Shown here piece after piece: positions 1-12,630 of a stretch of DNA of 64,000 bases. Where the stretch lies: the NCBI GenBank assembly GCA_050084515.1, contig CM114271.1, positions 47,244,001-47,308,000 of the forward strand, read 5' to 3'. Position 1 is the first letter of the stretch. Every line of letters starts with the position of its first letter. This DNA comes from Blasia pusilla. Taxonomy: Eukaryota. The translations under genes and the position numbers were made by a program. The notes under the pieces are model-generated. The model was not told the origin of the DNA, ran no database searches, and saw only the letters and a program-made list of their open reading frames with translations.

Positions 1-80
1 ACAGTAGGTCAGGATCATCGGATGGGAGAGAAGGGGACAAATCAAATACTCCTCCGATAAGTCAGAGTAAGAAAAACATA

Positions 81-1802
81 TTGGCTTGGAAGGATGTTTG
101 GTATACTTTGTTCGATTGGATAGAATTCCATGTAGAATCTGGTTGGATTTTTTGCAAAGTTTGTATACAGGGTAAGGGGAAAAGCTCCTTTGCTAGGGAT
201 AGTGCCATTAATTGTAAGGTTTCGGCCTTCACAAATCATGGTAAGTCGAATGAGCACATGAAGCTTGCATGGGCTGCGAATGTGGGGAACAGATCCATGG
301 CCAAGGCTATAGCCACTACAAATCGGACTTGTGATATTGCACTTTTGACTTTGTTCAAATGTGCATATTTCGTTGCAAAGGAAGCCTTGCCATTTTCAAA
401 GTTCTCAAATCTGTGTAAGTTATTGATTTCTGTGAGTGCACCTATAACCCGCGACTTGTACCAAGATGAAAAAATTTGTGCTGATATGTGTTATTATATT
501 AGCCAGGTTCTTCTTAGGAGAAACCTTTCTAAAGTGCAACAATCTCCTTTCTTTGGGATAATGATTGACGAGTCCACAGATATCTCTGTCACTGGACACC
601 TTGTTGTATTTGCAACTTACTTAGATGAGGGCCAGGTAGAGAGTTGTTTTATAGGATTGCTACAACGTCCAGAGAAATGTTCGAACGCAATCACTCATAA
701 TTTGTTGGAGTTGATAAAGGATTCGGGACTAGAGGGATCAAAATTTGTGGCCTTTGGATCTTGTGGAGCTTCTACTATGGTAGGAAGCCAAAACGGAGTG
801 GCATCTCAGCTGAAACAGAAGTTAAATCCTTTCATGTTGTCTGTGCATGAAAGGATTTAACACAGCACACAGTAAGAATCTTGTTGCTTCAACAACAGCA
901 AAATGTGTAGGATGTAAGGAAATATCTACAGAAGTAGATTCAATATTGAATGCAGTAGCTGGATATTTTAGAAGGTCGTCCAAGAGGAAGCTTCCATAAC
1001 AATGAATTTTGTAATGGAGAACCCTGATCTGAATGCCTCAACTTTCTCTGAAGAAACTGGTTATCACATTCTACCAGACTTTGGTCCTCCATATGGGTAT
1101 TTGAAACGTTTACAGTCTGAGATTAGGGGCAGAAAGTTTCATAGTATTGAATTGTTGAGGAATCGGACCGGGAAAGATTTAGAGGCTGCCTTGTTGTTTC
1201 AAAAGAATTTTTCTGAGAGTGTTTGTATAGCTTTACAAGATCGGTTTAAGGATAACAATTTGATTAGTGCTATGAGGATAATGAATCCTCTGCACATGCC
1301 TTCAAGGCAAGTGGGACTGAATAGTTGGGGTTGTAAGGAATTAGATGACCTCTGTGCACATTTTGGGACAGACTTACCCTTCAAAGGTCAATTGCAACGT
1401 TCTTTACTGAGTATAGCAGCCATGAAACAAGAGTTTCAATCATTTAAGCTCATGGCCACTACGGAGTGGAAAGGTCGAAACTTCAAGGACTTGTGGGCTA
1501 TGGTAAGTTGGAGCCCGTCCTTGCAATGTAAGTTCTCTAACTTGCTCATTTTAGCCAACATTGCTAGGGTACAATGTGTTAGTACTGCTATTTGTGAGAG
1601 AGCCTTCTCTGTGCAGAATGTGATTAAGACTAAAAGTAGAAATAGATTATTGACAAAGCATCTGGATGTTGTTCTTAGGATTGCCTTAGAGGGGAAAATA
1701 GATGATTGTGCAACTTTGTTGGTTGAATCTGTAGTTTTTGGAAGAATTTTGCACACTTTAGGTATGTGTATGCCAATCCTGAGAGATATGTTTATGAGAT
1801 AG
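81..1802 (+). pseudogene. hAT transposase (ZNF862-like), disrupted
   Basis: N-terminal zinc-finger-like CKVC...H....H, catalytic-region DESTD, GSCGASTMVG (degenerate DGAxxMxG) and hATC dimerisation motif CERAFS. Split by a stop/frameshift at 860-1002, at the expected HCxAH motif. Confidence 0.85.
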
Positions 1803-1968
1803 AAATTCCACCAGAGGTTCGTGTAAATTTAGATGCTTTAGACCCAAGTGAAGTTGTTGTGGATGTGTAAGATGAGGGGGAAAAGCTTAGGGTTAGGGAT
1901 AAGGGGGTCCCTTTTCTGATACATTGAAGCTTTCATTAAAAAGCTTCAATGTATTATAGAGGGGTAAG

Positions 1969-2023
1969 ATCCTTGGCTCCCAAATGGTGGGAGGCCTAGC
2001 CAGGTTCAATTCCTGCCAAGGAT
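1969..2023 (+). other. tRNA-like fold lacking an anticodon arm
   Basis: 7-bp ATCCTTG/CAAGGAT stem, TCCC-AAATGGT-GGGA D-like arm, and CAGG-TTCAATT-CCTG T-arm containing a B-box-like GGTTCAATTCC. Confidence 0.4.
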
Positions 2024-3758
2024 GATGTAATACAAAAAAGTGTGAAATGAATCTTTGCAATAAAATTGAAGTCCAAAAGAGGCTGAAGTCTAATAGAAAT
2101 GAAGGTTAAAAGAGATTGAAGTCCAAAAGAGGCCGGGAAAAATTTTCCGGTTAGTATTTCAAAATCCCGGATTCAGCGGAACAACATTCCGAGTAATCAG
2201 AAATGAACTGTGGAGAAAATTAAATTTCGGAAAATTACTGAAAAATAAAAAAAACCCAGAAATTTCCCGGGAGTTTTAAATATTACCTTCTGAACCCGGT
2301 TTAAAAATTTAAATTACAGATTGATTCAACCTACTCCCAGAAACTTACCCCCTCTCGTAAAAAACTCCCCGGACCCTGCCCTCGAGTCACCGAGTCTTCG
2401 CTGCTTGCGCGAACCGAACTGCCAGCGTGCAGGAGGGATCGGAGTCGGACACGGGGCTCGCTTTGATGCTCCCACGCTTTGCCATCGCAGTGGGGATGGG
2501 ACCCGCGGCTCGCTATGCTATGCTCCGCTCTCTCACGCGAAACGAAATGAAGACGAAAGAAATAGTTGAGCTTCGCCTGCGCGTGCGGGTGCGACTGCGT
2601 TATATGAAGGGTGGTCGCGCAGATTCACGTCCGATGGTTTGGAGAGAGAAGGTGATTGAGTGAAAAGGCGTGCAATTCGCGACGTGATGATGTTCGTGGA
2701 AGGAATCGCGATGAACGCAGTCGCTTCTCGACGTCGAGAAGAGGTGTTCTCTTCGTTTCGTAGCGCGGGAGCAACTTGCTCACGATGGAGTGCACGATGC
2801 TGGGGAACACGGGTCAATGCGTGCGCGTCTTCCGCGTAACCTGAGAGCATGTCACGATATGCGATGCTTGTGATCTTCCTTCGCACGCGATGATATCATA
2901 CAATCGTTCACCGTTTCAGCAAAAGAGAGCTTGGAAACTGGACACGAGATGTTTGAGGCGACCACTTACTGATTTGAATTCTGAATGTTAGTTACGGCTT
3001 GCTCTAGCCGGTTTCTCCGATGGATGATGGAGGAAGACTTCTTCTTCTCTAAACCTGAATCACGTGTGGCTGCCATGGCGTCGCGACGAAAAAAATTTGA
3101 ATGGATATCTGCTACGCAGTTTCCTCTTGGAATGGAGCAGTATAGCTGTCCATATTGATGCTCGATCAACTGATCTGCGAGGAAGGCAAGTATCCATATT
3201 CCAAACTGCACTTTCCTGACCAACAGGCTGCAATTGTAGCAAGATCATCGGATTCGTTTTCCGTCACATACGATTGAAGCTGAACTGGTGGAGTAGGGAG
3301 GGACATGGAACCAAACTACCCAGTTATGTCGAGTTTGTCAACGGCAGGGCCGTGACTGATTTCACTTTATTATTCATTGCTGTACATCGAAGCAAATGTA
3401 TCTACAGTTACAACGATCAGTAGTTGAATGACAAGAATTTGCTGTTGCTGTCAATAACATCTACAAGAAGGAAAAGATGATGTCACTTGAGGGACAAATC
3501 GGTATTATCTCGACAGTTATGCCTGAACTCATCGTAATTCTAACCTACCTTCTAAGTGAGCCTTGGCCGGAGACGCAATTTGCTACTTCGACCCTTTTAG
3601 GTTACTACTAATGACGAGATCTTCTCTTAAGGGACTGGCAACAAAATTGCTGGATATCTGATGATGTATTTGCGCCCAAATGTGTGATATGCAAGCACCA
3701 AAACCTTGCCAACAAGCTCATCCTGGGAACAGGCACTCCGTGGGTTAACTTGAAGGTA

Positions 3759-6700
3759 TCAACCTGCTGCAACCTCTGCAACATTTGGGGGATCAGATCT
3801 GGAGATTCTAATCGATACGAAATCGGTGAGCATAGCAACCTGCACGCCACTCCAAGTGGATGCCACTGTTGGTAGAGTGGTGAGTTTCTCCACGATAGGC
3901 ATATCTTCTGGTACTACATGAGCGAATACTGTGTTCTTAGGATACCACTCCGCATGGTCTGCTAGGCTGATGAAGAAGTCCGGTCCACCACCGATCCAGC
4001 CCACCATACCCCTCTTAACTTTAGGACATGTCTCGCTCGGTAACTCCTTGAAAGTCATTGCTTGGACAGCTAGAGTGCCTTGAACCACTGCATATGGAGG
4101 ACCTGTCGAAGTCTGCATCATATACAGGCAAATTGACCCCATCATAAGCCAAAGAAAAACATTAAAAATCCTGAGCCACCAGCAGCGATACAAAGGATCA
4201 GCTTGCAGGGTAGGAAACTGATTCCGTACTGCTTCTATGGGTCTTTGATAAGGTTATTTAGCACTCTTCTAAAGTCACCTCATTGTAACCCTCGGCTATT
4301 TCCACAATACTCTTACGCTTCAATTTTCAGAGGGATTCTAAATGCTTCGTCTGAGCAAGTTCTAGAGAAAGGTCTGAACCACTTTCATCGGACAATTGTC
4401 AGGACTACCCTGGACACAGACAGATATTGGAAGAGCGCTATTCAGTATCAAGAAGCATCGTCATGCTCTGAGCTATTAAGGTAACATGAGTAATGATAAA
4501 GTGCAGAACTCCGACTAGTGTATCCATAACTGCTGTGGATAGACAGCAACTTCTCCTCCCCTCTCCAGGTTTGAAAGACTCCTCTGATGTCTAGATGAAG
4601 ATTGAACTGAATTCTTTGTCCATACTAGTGACTGAAAACTGGAACCCTGGATCCAAGTAAATGTTTCGAGAATAGTTTGACAAGAAGATGTAGGAATGAA
4701 CAACCTTATCAATTCGATTCCCTTTGTTGTCCCAGAGGGAACCCCGTCCCTCTGCTCGATAGAAATGACAACCAGCACAATGCCTCAACTTCAGCATCTC
4801 CAGAAAGTAAGCCACAGATTTGGGTGCGCAATCGGGAAGCAACTGCTCAACCAACATAACATGCAAGAAAGTTACAACTTCAACAGAAATCTCGTTCTAA
4901 ATGCTTCACCTCGGAGATAACTGTGGAAAACCCTCTGCTCGTCTCTCCTCGTAAAATCTCTTCTTCTGAAGCACTCCCTGATCACATCACAACCCTTGGG
5001 AGCTAGAAACCACACTCTCCAGGCCCACCAAATCACCCTTCGAAACTTTTCAAACAGAGTAGACATCTGCCGACTCATCTTCAGGTACGAATCCACCCAC
5101 AAGATTCATTTTCCATGGCGTCCGGCCCAGCAAATGCAATAACAGGTCAATTACTATGCAGCTCAACTGATCATGCTACAAGCCCTGAATTCCTGCAGTC
5201 ACTAAAGCTAGTTGATTCGGATGGACGGAATAGTCCGAAAGGCCAGGGGAATAGACAGAGTGGGAGGCTGATAAGTGAGTTCCCAGCACAATTATCTGAC
5301 ACTACTTCGGAGCGCTTAAACATGGCATCAGCAAGTATGATATCAGTCTGTCATAGTCATGGTCTTGAGCCCATTTCCCAACTCTCGGCTTCCTACCCCC
5401 AAAAGACTAGAGCTGTCGAACATTTCTAATTGGAAACTGGGCGCCTCAACCTTGAGAGTGCAAGCCAAGCTCTCTTCTTCGGGTAGACGGAGGAAGAATC
5501 TGGGAGACAGTAAGAGACAACTACTCTAAAGGTAGAAAGGCTGCATTGTCTACCAAGCGTCATCAACTTAGAGAAACTCGTTGTAAACGGCGGACCGCAG
5601 AAGCCTTACCTTGATGCGAAACGTTCCATGCTCCGTCTCCAGTCCCAAAATGCCCTTCAATTACAGACCATCCCAAGAAGCAACACCTCGATGTCAATGA
5701 TCCAGCTGGAGTGTTTCAGTGGCCACGCATAGAACCTTAACTTCCTCCCTGAGAGAAATCGAGCCCACATATCCTACAGCTTCACTGCGACAACAAACGA
5801 CGACTGTTCTCACAACCAGTGCAGCAGCCATCAAAGAGAAATAAGATCGTCTCACCGCGTCTTTTCCGTAGATGAGCCCCGAAGTCCACATCACTTCGCT
5901 CCCCGTCTCTTGCACATCGGGAGAGAGAGGGTCCTCCTGCTTCTTCAACCAGCACTGCACTCCACAGCCAATTCTCTGTCATCACTAAACCTTCCAAAGA
6001 AATCGAGCTTTGCCAACCATTTCGTGTGTGAAAATTCAGAAGCCGATTATACGGCAAAGAAGAGAACGAGGAATCGGTGGCACAACGAAACGATTGGGAG
6101 TGGCGATGAAATTCTCCCCGTGACTACAATTTCCCAAGAAAAGACATCTATATCAACCATGACATTCGTGAGGATTCAGAGGCCGCTGTTCAGCAGTCCA
6201 AAAACCCAACAGCGGCACTGTTCCGCGGTGAAGAGGAGGACGAGGTGGAACGGGAGGCACACCGAGGGACAGAAAACAATCAGATCGAGAGCGGCGATGT
6301 CAATTCTCTGGCCTTGAAGACAGCAGACATGACACGCTAGGGAGGGAGAGGGTGACGAGGGAATCTCTGTGCCGGAGTGTCATCTCATGGCCTTCCTTCT
6401 CGCCAGTATCAGCAGAGCAGTGATAAACCAGACAGTGGACAACAAGGATGCATCTGCAATTCCAAGCCAGATTGAAGGGCAACTGCGGTAGACCCCGAAT
6501 TTCCGGCCTCTCACAGCCCAAACGTTTCTGAGACCCCTCTATTCTCCCCCACACTGCTTCAAAGCGATGCACTTTTGAAGAATTGTGGTGCACTCGGGGT
6601 AATTGCGTCCACATGATCGGAGTGATCAGACAACAGACCTTCACAGCGATTCACTACACGCGTGGAATCTCCATTTTGAATGGAGAAGAGGGCGAATCCA

Positions 6701-7325
6701 GAGCAATGTAAGCTCTGCTCACGCCCCACAGCTTCATGCCCCACATTCGGACTCCTGAAGAATCGTTCTCATCATTATTTTATTATTATTATTATTAGAA
6801 TCATTATCACCATATCCATCCCCACAGACGTAAGCCCTTTCTAGTATGTGCTCCGGAAACTTCCCGATCCGTCGAAGAAATCGCATAGTTGAAATTTGCG
6901 AGGGAATTCGTTAACGGTGCGCGCCTGAAGGGACGGGTGGGGGAACGAGACGGCACCTGGCCGTATTTGAGGCCGCACTTGTCCCGATCTCCACAGAAGA
7001 CCCAGGAATTGCATTGACAGGGGCCATCGTCGGTGCACATGGACTTGCATGCCGCACAGCACTCCTGGGACGAATTGACCTGATGTTCGGAGCCCCATTT
7101 GACCGCCCGGCCCCAGAATTCTAGGTGATCCAAACCCCTGCAGCAGTCCGCATCCCCGTCCTGATTCTTGTTCACCGCGTGGAGATACGCCGCATGAGAC
7201 TCGTAAAAAACAGGAGACAGGAACAAGTACACCACCAAGCAGGTCGAGCTCAACACCGCGAGAAATACCGCCCACTGCCGGCATCCTCCCCCGCCACTGT
7301 GCAAGTCCCCATACCTTTTCCTCAT
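3759..7325 (-). CDS. PAN/Apple-domain plus cyclophilin-like protein with N-terminal membrane anchor, 334 aa (resembles the plant At4g17070 family as recalled)
   Basis: Exons 7325-6957, 5954-5856, 5654-5610, 4842-4705 and 4112-3759 are all GT-AG and join in frame (1005 nt). TM segment WAVFLAVLSSTCLVVYLFL; Apple-type cysteines CCAAC...CNSWVFC...CWLK; cyclophilin-like ETEHGTFRIKLLPDCAPKSV, FYRAE, VVQG, GPDFFI, HAEW..KNTVF. Confidence 0.9.
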
Positions 7326-7510
7326 CTCCTCCCCCTTCCAATTCCTCTCTCCCTCTCCCTCTCTCTCTCTCTCTCTCTTCCTCTCGCAAAATCGATACCG
7401 TTGGCGTCGGAATTCTTCTTCTGTTCTCTTCGTCCCCGCAATTAACTTAAATCCCAACCGTCAACTACAACCTTAACCTCCTCCGCTTCTGAATCCAATC
7501 TTCACTTTCC

Positions 7511-7515
<5 letters not shown>

Positions 7516-7542
<27 letters not shown>
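7516..7542. repeat. (TC)n microsatellite upstream of the PAN/cyclophilin gene
   Basis: Directly visible; short (CCT)n and (CGA)n tracts occur nearby at ~7796 and ~8045. Confidence 0.95.
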
Positions 7543-7546
<4 letters not shown>

Positions 7547-10240
7547 CTCTCACACTCTGCGCGGAGAGTCTGAACTCGCGATTGATCCGCACGGTGCAAT
7601 TCTCAACCAAAGCCGTCCTCGACGCCTCCTACACCTTCAGCGCAACTTCTCAAATGATCAACCTACCTACCTATCTATCTATCCATCTTTCCGAGCCCAC
7701 ACTTCCCCGGCCCACCCGTCAATTCCCTCTCCCTCGCGCGATTCGCGCTCTCTCGCTCTTCACCTAGACTCCTCCTCTTCCTCGTCGTCATCGTTCTCCT
7801 CCTCCTCCTCCTCCTCCTCCTCATGGCCTCCAACCAATCGCCCAGACGAAGATCCCGGTCCCATCGCCGATACAGCCGGTCATCTCCCCTGCTCCTCCTC
7901 TTCTCTTCGTCTTCGGCTCGGCTTCGGCTCTGCAATCCAGCGCATGGATCCTGCCCCTGCACCTTCTCCACTACAAGAGCTTCTTATTTATTCTGTCGCC
8001 CCGTGGATGTCCGCCACAGAGCATCTCCGTTACTCCCGGACCGTCGACGACGACGACGACGACGACGACGTGAATCTTTTGTCCTCTTCCTTTCCTTTCC
8101 ATTTCTTTTTTCATTTCCCTCTTTTCTTTTCCTCTCCTTTCTTTTCTTTTTCTCGCACCCCATTCAAAGCCACGAAATCTGGGGGATCATTAATCGCTCC
8201 CGAAAGTCAGACTCTACGACACGACAACCGACTTACCGGGTCTGACAGGAAGGCAGGCGGACGGACGGACGCCTGACAGAACACGCGCGAGTGCGAGGGA
8301 GAGGAAGAGGAATGCAGACGGATGGCCGGGAATGAGATAGGCCTCGCCGTGGATGGGCAGCCGGCAGAACTCACCCTAAACCAGCGGGCAGTGGGTCGAA
8401 TATTTCGAGTTTAATAGATCTTTACAAGCGTTTTTTTAATGAGAAACTCACTAGTAGCGCCGTATAAGAGTTCGTTTATTTATGTATTTTCTTGGAAACT
8501 TTTTGGATAAGGAAGGAAAATATGTATTTACGTTTAAAAGCGGCACTAAAAAAGGTGAATGGTACATTACCTTTTAGAAAGAAATTTACGTTAATTGCAT
8601 GGGAAGTACTCGATGGATATGGCGGATTCTAATTCAGTATAGATGCTGCGATTCGGAGGACATATTTTGGGCGTATCAGATGTTTGAATATGATGCGATG
8701 AGGAATGTTTGCTCTTTTGCAAACACAAAGGAAAAATATTCGAAATAATTTCATGAAGTATCCTTTCCTTCCATTAAAGCACACTCACACCTCATAAAGC
8801 ACTTTATGAAGCATGGGATGCAAACGCAGGCGGTTTGTATGTTTTCCTTTTTGGATGGTCATAAGAGTGAGGATTGTTGAGCGATTAATTTCTTATCATT
8901 TCATTTCTACTTGTTAATCAAGAATTAATTACAATCCACACAATTTCAAAATTTTTTTATCGTATATTCTTTTCACCATATGTCAGTAAGGTTTTTAAAA
9001 AAAGTGTAAATAATTATTATTTTTAATTATAAAAAAAATTCAAATTTTATTTAAATTTAAAATACTTTCCACTTTTAAAATTTTCATCTTTAAATAACAT
9101 CCATCTCCCATAAATAATTTCACTCATCCATAAAAGCTCAAACAATATCTTTTCTTTTCTTACTCTTCTCACCAAATTAATTTTGCTAATTTTGATTAAC
9201 CAAATCATTTTATTTTTCCATTAAAATTCATTTTCCTTTCACAAGATATAACATATGAATTAAGATAATTATTTAAAAAAATTATCATGCTATTTAATTT
9301 CAATTTTTAAATATGATTTTAATTTCTAAAATCTTAGAAAAATAATAACATTTCATAACTCTTATTAATTACAATCTTCCATTCAAATTTAAATGATATC
9401 CCAATACATTGAGTAATTTTATCTTTCCATAAAATTTAAACAAAATCTAGTCTTCCATTAAATTTTTATTTTCTTTTTCCATCAAATATGAATTGAGATA
9501 AAATTTCTAAGATTTTGGTTATTTATCATATTAATTATATTTTATTAATATTTCTTATCATCTACTATAATATTAAATTTATTATTAATTTCTTAATAAT
9601 AGATTAATATATATTCCATTCAAATCCTTATTCATTTTCCTTTGTCTATTTCTACCCATCTAAGGGGGTTAACGCAACAAAATTCAAGAGTGTTGCCTAT
9701 TTTGTCTTATTATCACGCTATCTTGTCGTATTATGCGTATGTGGTCGCCAATTATTATATAGATTCTTATTAGGTTCATCTATGTGAGCTTTATCAATGG
9801 GTCTCATGGTCGTCTGAATAATTAGTTGGAGGGTTGCCAAAGTCCACGCAATTTTTCATCTCTTTTTGCCAATATGCTCATTGAATTTTAAATGCAATTA
9901 AACGGGGTCAAGGAAGTGTTTCCTCGAAATCGGTACATTTCCGGTATCTTATAGCCGGGAGTGGTAAAACCAGATTGCGAACGGGTTTTCATATACCCAT
10001 ACGAAGAAACCCCCTTATTTCTCTTCCTGACCAGTTTTAAATGAAACGGATATTTTTTTTTTAAGCGGCTACCATGACGCTCAACCGCGGATCTCCCCGA
10101 TCATTTCAATTCGAGTTTGATTGGCCTCTACATTGGGATCAAGGGGTGCCATTTATTTCTCTCAAACTTGTGATAAATTTTGGGATTAATATTACATCTT
10201 CATCCATTCATGGCATGCGTAAGTATGTCACTTTCTCCTC

Positions 10241-10858
10241 TATCACATCTAAGTAGCCGATAGGCCGAGATCTATCGTGGATAGGGCGTAGGAGCCAACG
10301 GATTATCTTGAGTGTAACTTTGTCCCACGGTGTCGGATGAGGTTGAGGATAAGTCCATTGTGTCAAGAACGTTGTTTCCGACAACTTTCATGTTGAGGTC
10401 TTTCACATCCGGGTGACTTGTTGACCAGGTCACCCGCCCCTGGTAACCTGTGCGCACAGGTTACCAAGGGGAGGGCTATTTTTAGGGGAAGAGCCTTTTG
10501 GCTCTTCCCAACCCTATATAAGAGAGGAAGGCGGCTTTCCTAAGCCATCTTTCTCATGTTGGGCCGTTGGAGCATCTCTCTTGTATGTGTGTGAGATAGG
10601 ACTAGGGTGCTAGTGTCCAGATTCCTTGACAGCACAGGGTGGACGAGGCTCAATATGCCGATGTAGATTGAGGAGTGGAGTTTTAGGCCAGGTGTGCCGC
10701 TTTTACTACTTTTTATTTTTGTTGTGTGATCTCCATGTATATGTATGAGTTGATTTTTGTACATGTGTGGATCGACCCGTGTGTGGGGAAGATTGGTGTT
10801 GTGTGGTGTAGATATGACCAGCAATGTATGTTGTGTAGGGATATGTATGCGCACGACA
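10241..10858 (+). mobile_element. Solo LTR (copy A)
   Basis: Termini TATCAC...GCGCACGACA, identical 4-bp flanks CCTC/CCTC, internal TATATAA at 10515, and homology to the split copy at 11936-21640. Confidence 0.75.
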
Positions 10859-12071
10859 CCTCACATCCTCTTTTTATTGTTTCCAATTTCATTTTTACTT
10901 TCTCTTCGATTATCAACTTCAACCGTGCTTGGTCTTATTAAGATCTTCTTTGTGGGCTGATTTTTTTTAAATCATGTAGATTTTCTACTGTTACTTCCTT
11001 TTCCTTTGATGTCTACTTTAGTAGACATCAATGGATTTATTTTATGCATATTCCAATCAAATATCTTTCTTACTTTAATATATTCTATCTAGTTCCTCCT
11101 TTTGAAAGAATGTCGTTTGCTGGCTCATGATTATGAGCAATGCTCCCTCAATCTTGTGGCCTAAGATACTAGTATTCTAAAAAAAATCTCCAATTTTTTT
11201 TCATTCTAAACTACAAGAAATAAAGAAAGAAGGGGGGGAAGAAAAGCAAAGCTATCCCCAAGAAAAACTTGGAAGGGGTCAAATCCCCTTGAAAAAGAAC
11301 TAATGGATCCAAAAATGGGTCCATGAAGAGTGAAAAAGGAGCAAAAAGCCATTACTTTGACTCGCTATTTTGCAAACCTTTTACGGGTTAATTATGAGTC
11401 ACTTTTTGCGACTTATTTGCAACTACTCACACTTACAATCATTCAAAAATGACTAACAAAGTTGTGAGTCATTTAGAAGTAATGTGTACTTGTTCTCTCC
11501 ACCTCCTCTTCACTCCTTCATGAGAAGAAGGAAAGAATATGGAGGATCCTTAAGTGTTTTGCTACTCACTATTTCAATTTTATTCCAATCTTTTCAATAT
11601 TAGATTCAATTTGCTCATCTTCTCAAGCTTGAACGTTGGGTCTTTCTTGTCTCTATATATGTTGGGATTTGCCGAAGTTGTTGGACTCTTTGGACCTCTT
11701 CCTATCATGAACATGCTCATAGATCCCTAAAGGAAATTTCATACGTTTTGCTTTTTTAATAGTATGATTGTTGGTTACACTCGAATAAAAGGATTAACTT
11801 TGCTTCTATCAAACTCTTGCTACAATTTGGGCCTAACCTTATGACCTCTTCCCTTCATACCAATCACCAATGGGTAGCTTTCATGTTTTTTTCACCACCT
11901 CTTCTTTGGTATTTTCAATTTTCTTTGTTACTTCATGTCGTGCGTATACACATCGCTGTTACCGAACATACACACAAACACGCACGATCCCATGCTAACT
12001 CATGGCATCCAAACCTCGAAAAATTAAGTACCAAAATATCTCTCTTTTTAAATTAATCAAATCTCTCAGAA

Positions 12072-12227
<156 letters not shown>

Positions 12228-12495
12228 GTGCGAATCCACATCGTCATACAACATACCATACTCACATACATACATACCATAGACGAGAGCATCCACAAAC
12301 ACAAGTGTACCACAACTCGCCTCCCTAACTGGTGGTTAGGTCCCTCTAACTCCCATGTAGCCCTATACATCTACTACATGCTATACACCTTCTTGGGTGC
12401 ACGAATCAGAAGGCCAGGTGCTAGGTTGCCCCATCGTTAGTCGCACATCTGTAATCCATATCATGCAAAGATCAAGTCATCTACCTCTCCTAAGT

Positions 12496-12630
12496 ACATC
12501 GAGAACAAACCCACCTTCCAATAGGAACAATATCCATACGTGGAGTCAAACACATCATGTGCCAACCCCTAGAACACCGATCACACACCAATATACGGGT
12601 TGCGTTACCAACAGACCCACACAACATGCA
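12496..12630 (-). other. PHD finger at the integrase C-terminus
   Basis: C4HC3 pattern CMLC...VCDRCSRGWHMMCLTP...GRWVCSRC, in frame with the integrase C-terminal segment (RFHVGDYVYL). Confidence 0.92.

Larger units (their letters stand above)
1..2378 (+). mobile_element. hAT DNA transposon, 3' part (5' end lies outside the window)
   Basis: Transposase ORFs are followed by a CCGG-rich subterminal region with a direct repeat ATTGAAGTCCAAAAGAGGC (~2065, ~2115). The element ends in GGACCCTG at 2378, which reads CAGGG... on the other strand, a typical hAT terminal inverted repeat start. Confidence 0.75.

Noticed and set aside
7675-8276. Poly-R and poly-D ORFs upstream of the PAN/cyclophilin gene
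   Set aside because: They arise from (CCT)n and (CGA)n tracts in probable 5' UTR or promoter sequence.
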